A DNA stretch of 64,000 bases from a virus. Its lineage: Duplodnaviria > Caudoviricetes. Position 1 is the stretch's first letter. Every line of letters begins with the position of its first letter. The notes beneath the pieces were generated by a model. That model made no database searches and was not told where the DNA came from. It worked only from the letters and a program-made list of their open reading frames with translations. Shown in pieces: positions 63,300 through 64,000 of this stretch. The stretch is taken from positions 13,087-77,086 of IMG/VR virus record IMGVR_UViG_2974716960_000001; one strand, written 5' to 3'. The position numbers and the translations under genes are program-made.

Positions 63300-63760
63300 C
63301 CGAGCAGCTTTTCAGAACACAGCGGCCATACACACAGCGCTAGCCGCACCGCACAGCGCACAGCCCACAGCCACGCGGCCAGGGCACACACAACACAGCC
63401 TCACAGCCACGCACAGCCACGCACACACAGCGGCCATACGCACGCCTAGCCATAGGGCACAGGGACGCACAGGGACACACACAGCGTCATTCCCATGCCG
63501 CACACAGCGCAGCGCACACACAGCCAGCCACACAGCGGCCAGAGCGCACAGCCATACCGGACACACAGGGCACACCTAAGCGCCAGCCCACAGGGCACAC
63601 AGCCACACATAAGGCGCATACCTAAGCCATTGCACAGGGGAGCGCTAAGCACAGCGCCATGCGCCACACAGGGCACAGCACACAGGGCACTAGCGCACAG
63701 CACTAAGGGCACGCCTAAGGGCGCGTTAGCCACAGCGCGACACGCCAGAAACCGACACGC
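63300..63760. repeat. Low-complexity CACAGC/GCACA-rich non-coding tract
   Basis: Many CACAGC, GGGCACA, GCACAC units on one strand; overlapping ORFs are low-complexity artefacts. Confidence 0.75.
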
Positions 63761-63768
63761 CAAAGGTG

Positions 63769-63798
63769 TTGACATGCACCGTACACGTGCTGTACGAT
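63769..63798 (+). promoter_or_regulatory. SigA-type promoter facing the window end
   Basis: TTGACA-18-TACGAT. Confidence 0.65.
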
Positions 63799-64000
63799 GC
63801 GCGGCCCTCGACGGAGTTAATTAGACATGCGTGTTTGCTGACACAGCCTAAGCCATTGTTTCGATCCTAGCAGCATAACCGCAGGTCAGAGCATGTGCGC
63901 TTAGGTCAAAGCTTGTGACTCGTAAGTTACCGATGAGTAATGAGGCGCGCAGCAAACAGAGAAACCGCAGGTCAGAGGCCGATCCCCCTGGGGGGTGTCG

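Noticed and set aside
63203-63824. Cys/Ala-rich or His/Thr-rich ORFs at the right end
   Set aside because: Translations of the low-complexity CACAGC tract; no RBS or family motifs

Overview
The window is about 64 kb of a temperate, long-tailed actinobacteriophage (mycobacteriophage-like) genome, running from inside the tape-measure gene to what looks like the right end of the genome. Order: tail genes (1-12.2 kb); lysis cassette (lysin A, lysin B, a stand-alone degenerate GH25-like ORF, holin); a leftward accessory cassette (membrane protein, DUF732-like protein, Pol-beta nucleotidyltransferase, Lsr2); attP plus tyrosine integrase; immunity switch (membrane protein, repressor, operators, Cro, excisionase); a long rightward early/middle region; a cluster of 12 tRNA genes; and a leftward right-end region with small ORFs, two vWA-like paralogs, a MoxR-type AAA+ ATPase and repeats. 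The rightward region encodes a metallophosphoesterase, an SPFH lipoprotein, a Ro60/TROVE-like protein, exonuclease plus ERF, DnaB, a PRPP-synthetase-like/NAMPT-like pair, polynucleotide kinase-phosphatase, RusA, three WhiB proteins, SSB, HicA, RNA ligase, ClpP and a DnaQ-like exonuclease. Best leads: (1) a Ro-like (DUF2828-type) gene followed by a tandem array of three Y-RNA-like elements sharing ACAGCAAT, the middle one a circularly permuted tRNA mimic; (2) an orphan 106-nt tRNA-like RNA; (3) a NARP1-like NAD+ reconstitution pair; (4) DUF4417 next to an MGGRG-leader ADP-ribosyltransferase-like gene, with a second MGGRG protein elsewhere; (5) a promoter family with GTAC fixed 12 bp upstream of the -10 box. 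All family assignments are from motif recognition by eye; no searches or folding programs were run.
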